Positions 1 to 14,164 of a stretch of DNA of 64,000 nt are shown piece by piece. The stretch comes from Cetorhinus maximus (lineage: Eukaryota): contig NC_135886.1 of NCBI RefSeq assembly GCF_964194155.1, positions 122,326,001 to 122,390,000 on the forward strand, read 5' to 3'. The notes below the pieces were generated by a model that did not search any database, was not told where the DNA came from, and was given only the letters and a program-made list of their open reading frames with translations. The position numbers were made by a program, and so were the translations under genes. Each line of letters starts with the position of its first letter. The stretch's first letter is position 1.

Positions 1-128
1 GCTGAGAGTTAGCAAATGGGTTTTTTGTTAGTTAATGGGTGTGTAGCAGAGTGACATTTGCAAGGACAAGAAGCTAGGGAAAGGGTGTTGACGGGAGAGC
101 TCCAGTTATGATGCACATCGTTACATTC

Positions 129-132
<4 letters not shown>

Positions 133-204
<72 letters not shown>
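133..204. repeat. Compound microsatellite (GA)n(GT)n
   Basis: Uninterrupted GA run followed directly by a GT run. Confidence 0.97.
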
Positions 205-206
<2 letters not shown>

Positions 207-789
207 ATGACAACCTTTGCCAGAGAGGACTACTGTGGACTATGATAGGGCAAGGGCAAGTGCTAGGCTTAGGAGTGTTGTGGCAGCAGGACCCCACATT
301 GATCCAGCATGTTTGGGTAATAGGTCGTTTCTGCTCTTGAGCTTTGTTGCCATTTCCTTGAAGTTTCCTGGAAGGACAGGGCCCTAGAGTCACTCCCAAG
401 TATGGTGGTCATGCTCTAGGTATCTGGCCATCCCATGTAGACATGCAATTCTTTTTTGGCACTGGCATTGTGGAGGTGGAATACACCAATATAGTTTTAG
501 GGGGATTCAATAAGGGATGCCATGTGCTGCAGTAGTCGATCAGCTTTGTAACATCAGAATGATGGAGCTTGTGTGGCACAATAGATCTCATCAGCATAGA
601 TGAACTTGCTTGACATTTGTATATATACATTGATCCTTTGTCAGGCCAATGTTCAGTTGCACCCCAGTCAGTACCCAGTGCTCTTGGGGAAACCAACAAT
701 CCTATCAGCAGACTCAATTCTAAAGAGAAAATTAAAGAGCTCTGAAAGCATCCCCTTGTGGAACCCCAGATAAACCCCAGAACCATCAG

Positions 790-1215
790 TCTGAATGTTG
801 AGCAGCCCTCTGGCTTTATGGCAACAGGGCATGTTCTCCAAATCTTACAACGTAATGTTGAGAGACTATCAGCTGCCAAACAAAACCTCATTGGATAAGA
901 CATAATTTGCTTACAAGAGACCCATACTGGAACTGAAGGAGGTCACGTTTACATCAAAGGCTTTAATCTACTGTGCTACTCCCCTCATGCTAAACATGAC
1001 TATGCCACCCATGTCTGATTCAACACTGCCAGTGCAGCGTCATTAACCATGTTCTGGTCGGCGATTTTCATAACACGAACTTACACAAGCCTCCAAGTGC
1101 CAGCTGGGAACAGCAAGCCCCGTCAATAATGCCCTGTCCAGCTACCTATGTGGGAGACTTCAACAACCACCATAAACTGGAGTTACTCAATCCCAGACAG
1201 TGATGGTGAATGCAG
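790..1215 (+). mobile_element. Degenerate LINE APE-endonuclease remnant (Ingi/Vingi/I-group-like)
   Basis: Manual translation gives ILQRNVERLSAAKQNLIG*DIICLQETH...GFNLLCYSPHAKHDYATHV...YVGDFNNHH. The LQET and GDFN motifs are APE hallmarks; stops and frameshifts are present. Confidence 0.7.
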
Positions 1216-1960
1216 CTCATGTTACAAATCCTTCATTTTTTGCAGGGGCAATGTTTTGATTGGCACCAGTTTTTAAAAAATATATAAATAGAAGTATATC
1301 TGAGACTTCACCATAGAAAAAGGCAGGACAGAGTGGGGATTGGAGCCGGTAGAGACAGAGAATGAATGAATTATTAATGAATCAGATAATTGTCTTCACC
1401 CTGCACACCCCCCGCCCACCCCCCACCTCCAATAAAAAACATGCACTTTGTGGAATCAAAGTAAACAAAATCTCATTTAAAAAGTCATGTTGAGCCTAAC
1501 TATTTGCTAGAAAGAAACTCTTTTGAGTTATTAACAGTCACAGATTGCAACTCTTTCGAGTACAATCACAGTTCTTGGTTTTCCGGGAGTGGGACATGAA
1601 CCCACAACCCTCTGATTCAGATGAACTGAATTGGTTAATGCAACAGTTATATGTTACTATTTTTGAAAAAAAATCAAATTTTTAATTCAGATTCTACAAT
1701 GACCAGTCTGGCAACTGGAAGAGTAAAATAGTCCAGCAGAGTAGCAGCAGAAGCTAGGGAGAGTCTGGAGACTAATTAATATAGGCTATCACCAGCAATG
1801 ATATAATAAAGTCTCTAAGTAGAATTAACGTTTCCTTTGTAGACCTTCTGAATCATATCTGCAATTACTCGGTTGACTACAGGCACTCATGTTTCATGCC
1901 TATGATTTTATTCATGGATACAAAAGGTAGAAATAGATACACAAATAGAACAATTCTTAC

Positions 1961-2010
1961 CTGAAAACAATCAGGGCAATTCTACAGGGAGGACATGCAA
2001 GGAGAAAGAT
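1961..2010 (-). CDS. TMEM164: TMEM164 second coding exon (50 bp, IFLLACPPCRIALIVF-R)
   Basis: Minus strand reads ttttaattacag|ATCTTTCTCCTTGCATGTCCTCCCTGTAGAATTGCCCTGATTGTTTTCAG|gtaaga. It joins the upstream exon in phase 0 and matches human IFLLACPPCRGAIVVFK as recalled. Confidence 0.95.
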
Positions 2011-3034
2011 CTGTAATTAAAAGCCAAAAAAAAATTAATATTCTTTTAATTCTTTAAAACTTACTGCACATTTTTATAACAATGCATTTTTAAATGTACA
2101 TGCACAGAGGAAGCACTGGAAGCAGATTCCAGGAAGTTGGTTTTAACTTGGGTAGGAGCAGTTGCGAGGGAATCCTGTAGCAGGCTGACCACCAGGAGAG
2201 AGTGCGGCCCAGCTGATTTTAACAGTTGAGCCATATCCATCTCTTGCCCAAAGCTGGTAGGAATGATGTTAAGGCCAGCAGGAAACAATGTAAATTGGGG
2301 TGGGAACACTCCCAACTATTAAAACAATGAACTTTACCTCTTCTGACCACTCTGCTGCCACCAAGCCCAGCTTTCTCTGGTGGGTTGGCTCCACTCAGGC
2401 TTTCCATTATATTGTAGGTAAAATAGCCTTGTGGCATTATAGTGGGGTGGCTCGAATTACAATCAGGCCCTGAGCTGCAAGGTGGTTTTAAGCGGTGGCC
2501 GGGGAGCAGGTCACACACTGGCCCCCACAGCTGCACAGAAGGTCAACATAAGGAATAAACTATTGAACAAACTACTGAAGAAATGTTGGAAAGTTTTCTG
2601 AAACACCCCTAAAGAGAACATTAAATATTTACTTTCTACATTTCACTGCTAAAATACATTATTGCATTTGTGAGACATGCACTATTCACAGACTGTCACA
2701 TGGAAACCACTTAAGTGGCTCTCAACCAGATTCAGAGGAGAGGCATGAGGAGCATGGTACACGAGTGAGATTTGACATAAAATAACACCATTGTATAAAA
2801 ATCAAAACTGACTTATTTTTCACATTCCTGAAGCACATTTTTATGATTGAGGTAAGATCCTTCTGTTTATTTTAGATTAGGTAATGGAGTCATCATTAAT
2901 ACAGTATCCCTGGCGCTTGTTGAGTTATAGGTTAAAGGGAAAGCTTTCTTGCTGGGAACAGTTTTACAGTATTGTCACTTCCATTGAAGGCACTCTGAAA
3001 AGAGTTTGAAATCAAACTAGCCAGAGGGTCCTGT

Positions 3035-3300
3035 GTAGTATTAACAGAGTGCTGTTGATTTGGAGGTGTCAACATGTTCCAAATGATCAACCGAACACTG
3101 ACGATCTTATGGCATTATTCAAAGAGCAGGGAGCTCTCCTAGTGTCCAGGCCAACATTGCTCCCTCAACAATAACATCAAAGATCAGATTAACTGGTCAT
3201 TCATCTCATTCCTCCTTATGGAACATTCCAAAAGCATGCTGACTGCATTGCCTACATATATTGAAGGTAATCCAACTTATGGTGCACTTTGAGACATTGT
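3035..3300 (+). mobile_element. Deu-domain SINE (SacSINE1/AmnSINE-like), degenerate
   Basis: gatcttatggcattattcaaagagcagggagctctcctagtgtccaggccaacattgctccctcaac...cagattaactggtcatt resembles the Deu core; similar copies lie at ~28400, ~33500 and ~43300. Confidence 0.65.
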
Positions 3301-4164
3301 TAGGGTAAAGAACCTTTTATTTTATTACAGTAAGATCCTAATACACAATATACTTAGCTATACTTAAATGTAAAACCACAACATCAAATATTGACTTTTG
3401 TGAAGAGCAGCAATGAGGGATTGGGCAAAGATCCTCCACACTTCAAAACCCTGATGTGTAAGAAAAAAAAAGCTCCAACAGTCTGAACATCAGCAATACA
3501 CTGAAAGGGGATGACGCCCTCGAAGAGATCCTCTCTATGTCTCCACACTCCCTCCCCATTTCTAAACATTCTACTTCAGATTTTCTAATTAAAATTTATA
3601 CATTGATACTGTGACTAGGAGAAAGATAAGAAGCTTTTATACAGCATTTTTAGTAAGAAAAACATTCCACAATGCTTTAGAGGTGGAGAAGATGAACACT
3701 GTGCCAGAGAGAGAAGTTAGGAGGGACAACAAGGAGAGGGTTTGAAAGGAAGATCTCACATGGAGAAGGTGGTAGAGAGGCAGAAGGATTATGAACACAT
3801 CAAAAAGGAGCTATAAAGATCAGTTGGTTCAACAAGACCATTCCATGGCATAAATTTGCACTGCATCACATCCCTTCTCAGCATATCCACCAACCCATGA
3901 TCCATGCAATCATCTGAAAGAGAGGAATAAATATGAATGACTTGAGAAGTTCCTCCCTATTCCCTGAAGCCAATCAAGCTCACTCCTGGAGGTCACTGCA
4001 ACTGGGTGAATAACCCCAATGATCCAACTGCAACCTATGCATAGATATCTCAGCTACTCTTGGAAACTTGGCCAGCTTCCTTCCGAATGCTTCCAATGAA
4101 TCAATCACTGCACATGCTATTAATCCACTGCAGACATTGACAACTCTCTGCAAGATGGTGAAAA

Positions 4165-4425
4165 TTGAATTCACTAAAAATCCAGAATTAAAAGTCTATT
4201 GACAGCCACAATACCATTGTTGACTGTTGTAAAACCCATCTGGTTCACTAATGTCCTTTAGGGAAGGAAATCTGCTGTCCTTACTTGGTCTGGCCTATAT
4301 GTGACTCCAGGCCCACATCAATGAAGTTGGCTCTTAAATGCTCCCTGCACAAGGGCAATTAGGGATAGGCAATGATTGCTGGCTTAGCCAGCGACACCCA
4401 CATCCCAGGAACGAATAAAATAAAA
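4165..4425 (+). mobile_element. tRNA-derived SINE body with L2/CR1-group LINE 3' tail
   Basis: aaaacccatctggttcactaatgtcctttagggaaggaaatctgc...caagggcaattagggat...cccacatccc...gaataaa recurs at 7300, 17930, 39300 and 50550. The tail is shared with the LINE end at ~5920-5995. Confidence 0.8.
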
Positions 4426-5119
4426 CTAACTAGTAGCATGTAACCATGTTCTTTGATTTTGTAACATCACCTTGTGCCTTCTCATCTTCCCTACCTTTTC
4501 CAACTTTATTAGCCTTTCCGCTTGGGGGGAAAAAAGTCTAATTTTTCATTTTAATGGCCACAATCAAGCCTCCCTTAAGTCTGTGGTTTTTCTAAAGCAA
4601 AGCTCTGTCCATCACAATCATTCAGGAGCCTTAACCTATGGTCAAACAGAGTATACAGAGATTTGAATAATCTGGGTCAGTCTGAGACAATGGTCAGAAA
4701 TGGGTGCTGAAGGCAAAGGCTGTGGATTTTGTGGTAGGGGCTGAAGGCAATAACTTCAGTTTTCCCACTATTTGATAGCCTTTAATTATCTCTCTCAGCT
4801 CCACAGAGAGGGAAGTTAAAATAGATCAGTTGTGGAGGTGATGGAGGAGGAAGTGAAATCAGTGGAGGAGGAAGCGGGTTATGAACAAAATCATTGAAAG
4901 TTAATGATTATGTTTAACAATTTGTTCAGATGGTCATAGACCTATTTTTTCTACTCCATTAATTCACCAGAATTGCCTCAGTGAATGCTTGGAGTAGTAA
5001 AAATAATTTCTCATTTATTGTAGCACTAGACTAAATGCTTTGGTTGGTGACTCATTAATACTGTAACTAAATATAATTCCAGCCCTGGGAGGAAGAAAGA
5101 TTGCACATTGCACAATGTT

Positions 5120-5997
5120 CAGTACTCATTCGCAACTCCTCAAACACTGAAGCAGCCCATGTACATATGTAGCAAGACCTGGACAACGTTCAAGCTTGGG
5201 CTGATAAGTGGCAAGTAACATTCGTACCACAAGTGCCAGGCAATGACCATTTGCAACAAATGAGAATCTAACCATCTTCCCTTTGACATTCAATAGCATT
5301 ACGATCACGGAATCCCCCACTATCAACATCCTGGGAGTTTCTCCATTGACCAGAAACTGAACTGGACTAGCCATAGAAATACTGTGGCTACAAAAACAGG
5401 TCCGAGGCTGGGAATTCTGCAGTGAGTAACTCACTTCCTGGCTCCCCAAAGCCTGTCCACCATCTACAAGGCATAAGTCAGGAGTGTGATGGGATATTCT
5501 CCACTTGCCTGGATGAGTGCAGCTCCCACAACACACAAGAAGCTCGACACCATCCAGGATAAACCAGGTCACTTGACTGGCACCCCATCCGCAACCTTCA
5601 ACATTAATTTCCACCACCACTGATGCACAGTGGTAGCAGTGTACACCATCTACAAGATGCACAGCAGCAAGTCACCAAGGCACCTTTGACAGCATCTTCC
5701 AAACCTATATGTTCTCTACCATCTAGAAGGACAAGTGCAGCAGATGCACCACCACCTGGAAGTTCCCCTCCAAGTCACTCACCATCCTGACTTGGAACTA
5801 TATTGCTGTTCCTTCACTGTCGCTGGGTCAAAATCCTGGAACTCCCTGCCTAACAGGACTGTGGGTGTACCTACACCAAATGGACTGCAGCATTTCAAGG
5901 CAGTGGCTCATCACTACTTTTCAAGGGCAATCAGGGATGGGAAATAAATGCTTGCCTGGCCTGCAATACCCACATCCCATGAACGAATAAATTAAAA
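5120..5997 (+). mobile_element. L2/CR1-group LINE 3' fragment (RT C-terminus plus 3' UTR)
   Basis: Encodes QDLDNVQAWADKWQVTF...LSTIYKA*VRSVMGYSPLAW; colinear with minus-strand copies at 36670-37550 and 61025-61635. Confidence 0.85.
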
Positions 5998-7294
5998 GCT
6001 AGAAACCTGAAGTTCTGACATAACAAATGATTAAAAAGGTATGGATGCTGGAACTGTTAGTGCACATGATTTCCAACTGCAGTGAGATTTTGAAGATGGC
6101 AGACAAAGATTCTGCCGAGAAATCAAATTTCATGCAATGCATGAGCAGGACACTGAATGTTGCAAAGACAACTTGCCAGCAACCCAAACAAAACAGACAA
6201 CAGCAAAATAAAGTTACACCATCCAACAGAGGTGCACTCAAAAGGTTGGTCTGGTAAATTTAACATACTCCAAGTAATTGGAAAAGCTACCCAAGTAATT
6301 ACAGGCTAATTGTGAACAATATTGCTCACAGTTCAGGATTAATAACATTAAATAAAGTGGCAGAAATAAAAAAAGGGAAAATGTTTCTGTTGCATGAAGG
6401 TTATGAAACATATCTATTTTTCTCATCTTTAATACCATAACATTAAACGCTTGGTTCAAGGTCATGGTATAAGCCGAAATCTGAAGATGGTCCTTAAATT
6501 CCCTGGATCCATTAGCATTTAAAACACCTTGTACTTTAAAATAATCCAGATTAAAATATAATTGATGTAGCGATAGTGCAGAATATAAATGAGTTTAATT
6601 ATATTGTACATTACTCATGGCATAATACTCAACAGTAAACCAATGAATAAGGGATTTTTGCCCCTTTTAAACAAGATCTATAGTTCATTCAGATCCAAGG
6701 CATTAAAGTGCTCTAGTCTCCACAAATTATGCAGCAAATTATATATTAATAATTGTATACTGAATTACTTACAAATTGAATTTCTGTTCCACCATGGGAA
6801 TTGGACAGAGTCCCAGCTTAAAATTACTGATGGGCAACAAGTTTGGTGCACAAAGAAACTGAAAGTATAGCTGTAGATGGCTTGGCGGGCTCACCAATAC
6901 CATTATGGATAGATAGAGTGATGTATTTATTGACCTCCAACCCTCAAAACAAAAATTAACCTTTTGTGCATTAGTGACATGCTTGCTCTAGAGTGCCAAA
7001 ATACATGTGTTCTCACAATTTCTCACATAGCCAAAGATCAGAGGGGTAATCTCAATCAGCAAAGCTCCAGAGCAACTTTTAGCTTGAAGCTCGAGGTTCT
7101 TTCCTGCTGCAGGCCTCTATCTAGCCTTGCCTGCTACCCAATGATTTGGCATAGCAAAACTGGATAGAGTGTGGCCTTGACAGGTACTTTATTCCCAACC
7201 TGTGCCACACATTAGAAAGGCACAACTTTCCTAAAGGCAAAACAAAGTCTTCAAGAAATTTCCCGCAAATGAAAAAAAGTGATGACAAATTCAT

Positions 7295-7625
7295 AGGATG
7301 TGGCAAGGCCAGCATTTGTTGCCCATCCCTAATTCCCCCTGAACTGAGGTTTGCTAGGCCATTGCAGAGGGCAGTTAAGAGTTAGCCACATTGCTATGGA
7401 TCTGGAGTCACATGTAGGCCAGACCAGGCAAGGATGGCAATTTCCTTCCCTGAAGGATATTTGTGAACCAGTTTCATGGCCATTATTACAGAGGCTGACT
7501 TTTAATTCCAGATTTTTTTTTTTTTTTAAACTAATTAAATTTAAATTCCACCAGCTGCTGTGGTAGGATTTGAACCCATATCCCCAGAGCCTTAGTCTGG
7601 GTCGCTGGATTACTAGACCAGGTGA
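7295..7625 (-). mobile_element. tRNA-derived SINE (same family as 4165-4425)
   Basis: Reverse-complement similarity to the 4165 copy, with a B-box-like gggttcaaatcc. Confidence 0.75.
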
Positions 7626-9039
7626 CTTTGTGTCTTGCCCAATGAATAATCAGATACAATATCCTGTTGTCTCAATTTCTCAAACCTAATTTACAAGATA
7701 TCCAAGTAAAATAACCTATGAAAGGATTAGATACACTATTGGGCTTAAAGCTCAGTTCTAGCCAGTGTTCAAACATCAAGCTTTGGACAACAAAGAAAGC
7801 TGTCAAAAACAGGGCTCGAGTTCACATCATCTACGTATTTAACACACTGGCAAAGAAACAATGACCGCTCGTTTCAAATCCTGATGGTTACAATCCTGCT
7901 ACCACAACATTAGCACAAGTTTGAGTTGTAAGCAATGTTCTTGGGAGCTCAACCTCTTCATGCCTTTCCCACAGATTAAAATACTTGCAATCAGCAAACA
8001 AATCACTTGAAAAGGATGAACTGATGCACTGATCGGTCATGGATCAGACACAAATTCAGCGAAATATTTAATATTTCGTGTTAATGAATGGAGCTTTATT
8101 ACAATTGATTAGATAAAATGTCATTGGGTGGGGCCATTATGATGTTTCTCTTGCAGTCTGAATCATTGATCTCTATATTTATCCCCTTCCACCACTACGT
8201 AATGGATGGGGGAAGGTCACAGGATGGGTGATGGTGGTGAGGTTAAAGAGATAAATATGGGGAACTTGCCACATGCACCCAGTGCCTTTTTCATGCCAGC
8301 AGGTATCAGGATGTCTGACAGGAGAGGCAGGACACTAACATATTTAACACACACATGTCCATAATGCGTTTGGGACTCCAATTCCAAGTTGACTGCCTCT
8401 GCACGAGTTTCCCAGGGTTGGCAGTGAAAGAGAAATGGAAGCCACTGGCTCCACAAGGTAAGTATGATTTTTTTTTTAAAGCATGCTCTGGGTCTCTGAG
8501 CAGGTATTCTCCCCAGGTCCCACAAAGGCACCTTCTGCTTCCCCTTGCCCCGTCAGCCTCCTACCCCTCCCCCTCATCAGATGGAGGTCTCTTTGACCCC
8601 TCTTCCCAACCCATCAAGGTCTCTCCAACCTTCCATCCATCTCCTCATGCTTTCCCCCCCCGCCCCACCGAATGTAATATCTCACCCCCACCCCATGCCC
8701 CCCCCACTATAAAAAATCATGGCCTGCTCCTCCCTACCAACCCATCATGACTTCTTTCCTACCCAATCCAGTCTCCTGCACCGTCCCCCTACCTCCAAAT
8801 ATTGGGACCATTCGGTTAATCTCAGATTTTGTACTTTTTCTATTAAGCTAAACATTTGCTTCATCTGCCTATTGCTCCACCTAGTTCTCAGACATGCATA
8901 AAGAGTACACTGGATTCAATCTATCCGTGACATTCGCTTTCAAGTTGAAAACAATTTTATCTCTGTATATTGCTCAGTTCCCTCCCTCACATCAGAAAGA
9001 ATTCCACTTGCTCAGTGGGTCCCCTGACACTACCACATA

Positions 9040-9305
9040 AGCAATTGCTCATTTTCTGGGGAGGTGCCAAAACACCATCATTGTAAGGCATGCCATCATT
9101 TCCACACACTCACCCAGAAACATAAGTGTTTGGGTAGATTCTGAGAGGTCTGTACCACCCTCTGCAGCATAGCTAATGACGCCCATGTGCTTCCCAAGAA
9201 CAGCAGATGGATGCGACTATAACAACACCTATTCTCTGCTCCCTTACTTGGGCCAACTGTATTTCCATTGCAATCTGAAACCCTGGGTGCTCTCTCCTGT
9301 CTTGC
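9040..9305 (-). mobile_element. Possible highly decayed PIF/Harbinger Myb/SANT-ORF remnant
   Basis: Minus strand encodes ERAPRVSD followed, after a frameshift, by AMEIQLAQVREQR. This resembles the recalled start of Harbinger Myb/SANT-like proteins; weak. Confidence 0.3.
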
Positions 9306-9899
9306 AAAGGACCTGCAATCCTGCTTTCCAAAAATAAGTTCTCCGATGACGTGGCCTGACCCCTCTAGCTGCTTTGGTCAATTAACATTTAATTAATTAT
9401 TTTCCTTCCACTGCTTTTTATATCGTATTAGTTTCACGTATGCATAATTGAAGATAGCAGCATTAATTCATCAGCCACTGTGAGGAGGGGCAATCACGTG
9501 CAATGCTGGAATTTAGGACAAGATAAAATTGCAATAATTTCTTGGAGTTGAAAACAAACTCAAGGGCCAGGGGAGACCATCTCTAAGGCATCGCTCTAAT
9601 TATAGACAAAGTGCTTTTTGTGCACATAAGCGTAACTGCTCTCAAGTGCATACTTGGTCACAGCTGACCAAATATGGCAGCCACAGTACCCAGATGGTGT
9701 AATTAGTCCAGACTCTAATCAAAACAAAAACATTTGATGCTTTTATCAAAATACTAGCTGATTAAACAGGCATCTACCATACCATTAGGGAATTGTAGTC
9801 TCACCTAGTTTCCGAGGATCTGATCATGCATCCTTTTATAGTACGCACCAGTTGGAAACCTCACTACCATTAATGCAGGCTATCAACTGAATAAACTAA

Positions 9900-10820
9900 G
9901 ACCATAAAATGTAGGAACACAAGTAGGCCATTCGGTCCAACAAGTCTGCTCTGCCATTCAATGAAATCATGGCTGATCTGATAATCTTCAACTTCACTTT
10001 CCTGCCTTTTCCCCATAGTCCTCAATTCTCTTACTGATTAAAAATCAGTGTCTATCTCAACCTTGAATATACTTAACGACCCAGTCTCTACAGCCCTGTG
10101 GTAAAGAATTTCACAGATTCACTACCCTCAGAAGAAATTCCTCCTCATTTCAGTTTTAAATGGGCGACCCCTTACTCAAGATTATATCCTCTGGTCCTGG
10201 ACTCTCCCACAAGGCAAAACAACCTCTCAACATCCACCCTGTCAAGTCCCCTTAGAATCTTATATTTCAATAAGGTCACCTCTCATTCTTCTAAACTCCA
10301 ATGAGTACAGGCCCAACCTACTCAACCTCTCCTCAGAAAATTCCTCCATACCCAGGATCAACCTAATGAACCTTCTCTGGACTGCCTCCAATGCCAGTAT
10401 ATCTTCCCTTAAATAAGGGGACCAAAACTGTTCACAGTATTCCAGGTGTGGTCGAGCTAGTGCCTTGTAGAGTATTAGCAAGACTTCCCTATTTTTATAC
10501 TCCACTCCCTTTGAAATAAAGGTCAACATTTCATTTGCCTTCCCTATTACCTGAACTTGTATGCTAGCTTTTTGGGATTCATGCACGAGGACTCCCAAAT
10601 CCCTCTGCGCTGTAGCTTTCTGCAGTCTTTCTCCATTTAAATAATATTCAGCTCCTCTATTCTTCCTGCCAGAATGCATAACCTCATCTTCCCACATTAT
10701 ATTCCATCTCCCACTCACAGCCTGTAGATGGTCATCCTCACCACTTGCCTTCCCACCTTTGTTATTTTTGTTATCTGCAAACTTGGCAATAGTACATTCA
10801 CTTACCTCATCTAAAATCAA
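9900..10820 (-). mobile_element. CR1 LINE 3' fragment
   Basis: ORF 10260-10820 contains KFAD...QRDLGVLVHES...LYKALARPHLEYCEQFWSPYLREDILALEAVQRRF...RRMRGDLIE, followed by a CR1-type 3' UTR. Confidence 0.92.
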
Positions 10821-11819
10821 AAATGCTTAGATAATGCTATACAATATCTTGATTTGGTTTCAGATAGCTCCTGTTGAACTACCAAGATGATGCATTGCAT
10901 CATTATCATATTTAAATCACCACCTACATTTGATTGCTTGGTTTGAAAGACCTGGAAGATGCCCAGCTTTCAAATTTTAATCAACATGCCACTTTGTTTT
11001 AAGCTGTTGACAAGAGTGCATTGCCTAGCTAGTACTTCTTTCCTCTGCCTCCTGACCAGACCAATTATAAACGTAACCTGCAGTTATCCAGACAGGAACT
11101 CAGGTAGGATGCTGTTCAAAAAGCGCATTACATCTTTACGATCCACCTGGAACTTCCAAACAGTGCAAGTTACATAACACACGTTTCCAACAACAGTCAC
11201 TACATTTCAAAGAGTATTCACACTGGAATGAATTTCCTCCAATCATAGCTGCAACAAGATATTTATACTTCAGGCCAAGACAAGATGCGAAGAGGGGAAG
11301 CAAGTTTTGCGTTTGTGACAATTTTACCTTCAACACCAACAATTGGAAGAAGGACTTCTCATGCTGTAAGATGACAGCTGAGTGGGCAATACGGATACTC
11401 CAAGAAATCCACCCTTCAACCTCAGACACAAATATTTGATATCATTGCATTGGAAAATATGGAAGAGAACTCCAAACAGAATGGATTTGGGAGTTATTCA
11501 TGAAGGGAGACACAGAAATGCCACTGGTAATAAATGAAAAAGGAGATCTAAAAACAGAGGCACACACATGAAGAGACTAACTCAATCTGTATTCAACCAC
11601 AATATTAAAATAATAAAAATGCTTCCAGAGTTCAGTCACCTTCTATAGCTTGGTTTCTGCTAAACACTTTGGAATTATTACATAGAATTGATGCATTCTA
11701 GTTAATTCTAAAATTTAACAATTGATGGATTTTAATGTAAACACATATGCTTGGAAAATAGGCAATACCAGGCATTAACCATATTCAACAGGACCATTAT
11801 GAGACAGGGAGGTCAGTAG

Positions 11820-12310
11820 GTATTACTATAGGAAGGATATGAACACATTGAAGAGAATGTAGAAGAGGTTTACAAGAATGGTTCCAGGGATGAGACACTT
11901 CAGTTATGAGGAAAGATTGGAGAAGTTGGGACTGTTTTCCTTGAAGAGGAGGAGGGGGCAGACATGATAGAAGTTCTCAAAATCAAGAGGGGTCTGGACA
12001 GAGTAGATAGGGAGAAACCGTTCCTGCTCGTAAATGGATCGAGAACCAGAGGGCACAGTTTTTAAAGTGTTTTGCAAAAGAAGCAAATGCGAGGTGAGAA
12101 AAAGCTTTTTCACAGCGAGTAGTTAGGGTTTAGAATGCACTGCCTGGAAGTGTGGTGGAGGCAGGTTCAATTGAGGCATTCACGAGGACACTGGATGATT
12201 ATTTAAATAGAAAAAACGTGTAGGGTTATAGGGAAAAGGTAGGAGATTGGCACTAAGTTAAAATGCTCAGAGAACTGGTGCAGGCAAGACGGGTGTATGG
12301 CCACCGTAAC
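11820..12310 (+). mobile_element. CR1 LINE 3' fragment
   Basis: Encodes KRFTRMVPGMRHFSYEERLEKLGLFSLKRR and has a typical CR1 tail. Confidence 0.85.
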
Positions 12311-14164
12311 AATTTGGTGATTCAAACCAGAGGCTCTGGGTTCAAGTCCCACTCCAGGAGTTATTGGCCTCAGGAGTGCTGCTCTTGGTGTAGCACTCCC
12401 CTACCCCCCACCCCATTGTTTCTGAACTGCAGGAGACATGTTCTCTAGCTACTTAGTTCACAGATACCCTGCCCCTCCAAATGCCCCAAAGTCCAGTGGA
12501 GCTCTTCTCTACAGATTCCCTCTCCTTTCCCAAACTGACCTTCCAGTACGGAGGGACATTCCCCTTTCAATTCCCACACTCACGTCATTGAGGCATGCCC
12601 CCTGCCCAGCAAATCCCACAATACTCCCCTTCATCCTTCCCCCAATTCACCAAAGCATTTCACTCCCTTTAATGCTCCTTATCACATACACCGACTGCAG
12701 TTCATAGATGTCAATGCTTTGTTTTTGCACTGCAGGAAGACAATCCTGATTTATCACAAGGCCAGGAATTCCCAAATTCAGTACAATAATGTTAGAGAAC
12801 AAAGCAACAGCATCAGGGACAAGCTGCAGCCGGACTGAATGTCAGCAAACAGAACTTAGTAAATAATTTAGCCCCATGTCCCAAGGGGAAGTAAACCCAC
12901 TTGCTGTAGCTCAAGCTGGTGTGGAGATTTGCCTGGGTGTTTAACTGTGCACGCTTGCAAAAATCTCTTACACTTGGCTACTGTTAAAGGAATGAGGGCG
13001 GATTTGATAAATTCTAATTGAAGTTAATATGTTCAGACGCTAGAAGAGCTAATACTGCACTGAAGTGGCCTGAAATTCAATCTGGAGTTAAGCTCTGAGA
13101 CAGACTGGAGTTCATCAAATTTCACTTATAGGTGACATATTCCAACTGCTACCTGCCTTAGTGACAGATTATAGTTGAGTCCTTGAAAGCCCCACTAAGA
13201 ACTGGCCAACTTAACTGCTAAATGGATAATAAATGGATATCAGGCTGTTGAAATGTCTGTACACAATAGCCATGAGTATATAAATTCAGTCACCTCTCAA
13301 CTCAATGATCAAAGACTAATTGGTATAGGATTCCCAGAGATGTTAGGTTTTATCTTTTATAATTGAATTGCTTTCCCCACATTTGAAGGTGCACTTTAAC
13401 AGGTTAACCATTGCACTGGGACAGGTCAGGCATCCCTTCAACAATAAATATCCCACTAAATGTTTTGTTTGCTGCAACCAAGATGATTAAAAGCAATGAA
13501 TTATTTTTTAAAAATCACTCATGCTTTTAGGTACATCTCTACTGAGATTGCAGCCAGTAAAAACATGTAACAAGAAAACAGAGCATGACACACGCCTTGA
13601 ATGTGAAAATGGAATAAAAACAGAAGATATTGGAAATATACAGTAATTCCTCCAGCATCTGAAAACAAAGGCTACTGCTTTGGCTAGAAACATTCAGTTT
13701 AGACAAAAGAGCCTCTGCTCAAAATGTTAATCTATCTTGTCTATCAGGTTTCCCACTTAGTTCTGGCATTCAGTACCTGGCAGTTTTTTTAAAATTAATG
13801 TCAAGTTGGTTATAAATTCCACTCAACAGGCACTCCTGCTAAACTTCTGACCTTTTTTCCTGATGTGTTCACCTGTCAAATTCCCTCCTCAACTCATCTC
13901 CAACTTTCACCTCCCTCCCAATTAGGAACATACAAATTAGGAGCAGTAGTCCATTTGGCCCTTAGAGCCTGCTCTGCCATTCAATAAGGCCTTGGCTAGC
14001 CTGGTTGTGGCCTCAATTCTACTTTACTGTCTGCAGCTGCACACCACTAGCACCCCACCCCACCCACTTGTATTAATACATATAGCTTCCCAAGGCTGTC
14101 ACTTTCAGCTCCGAAAAGTGCCCAGATTACCCCCCAGAAGGGAAAGCTCTCTCAAAAATTTGAG

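Noticed and set aside
409-903. 164-aa minus-strand ORF
   Set aside because: No recognisable homology; partly antisense to the LINE endonuclease remnant.
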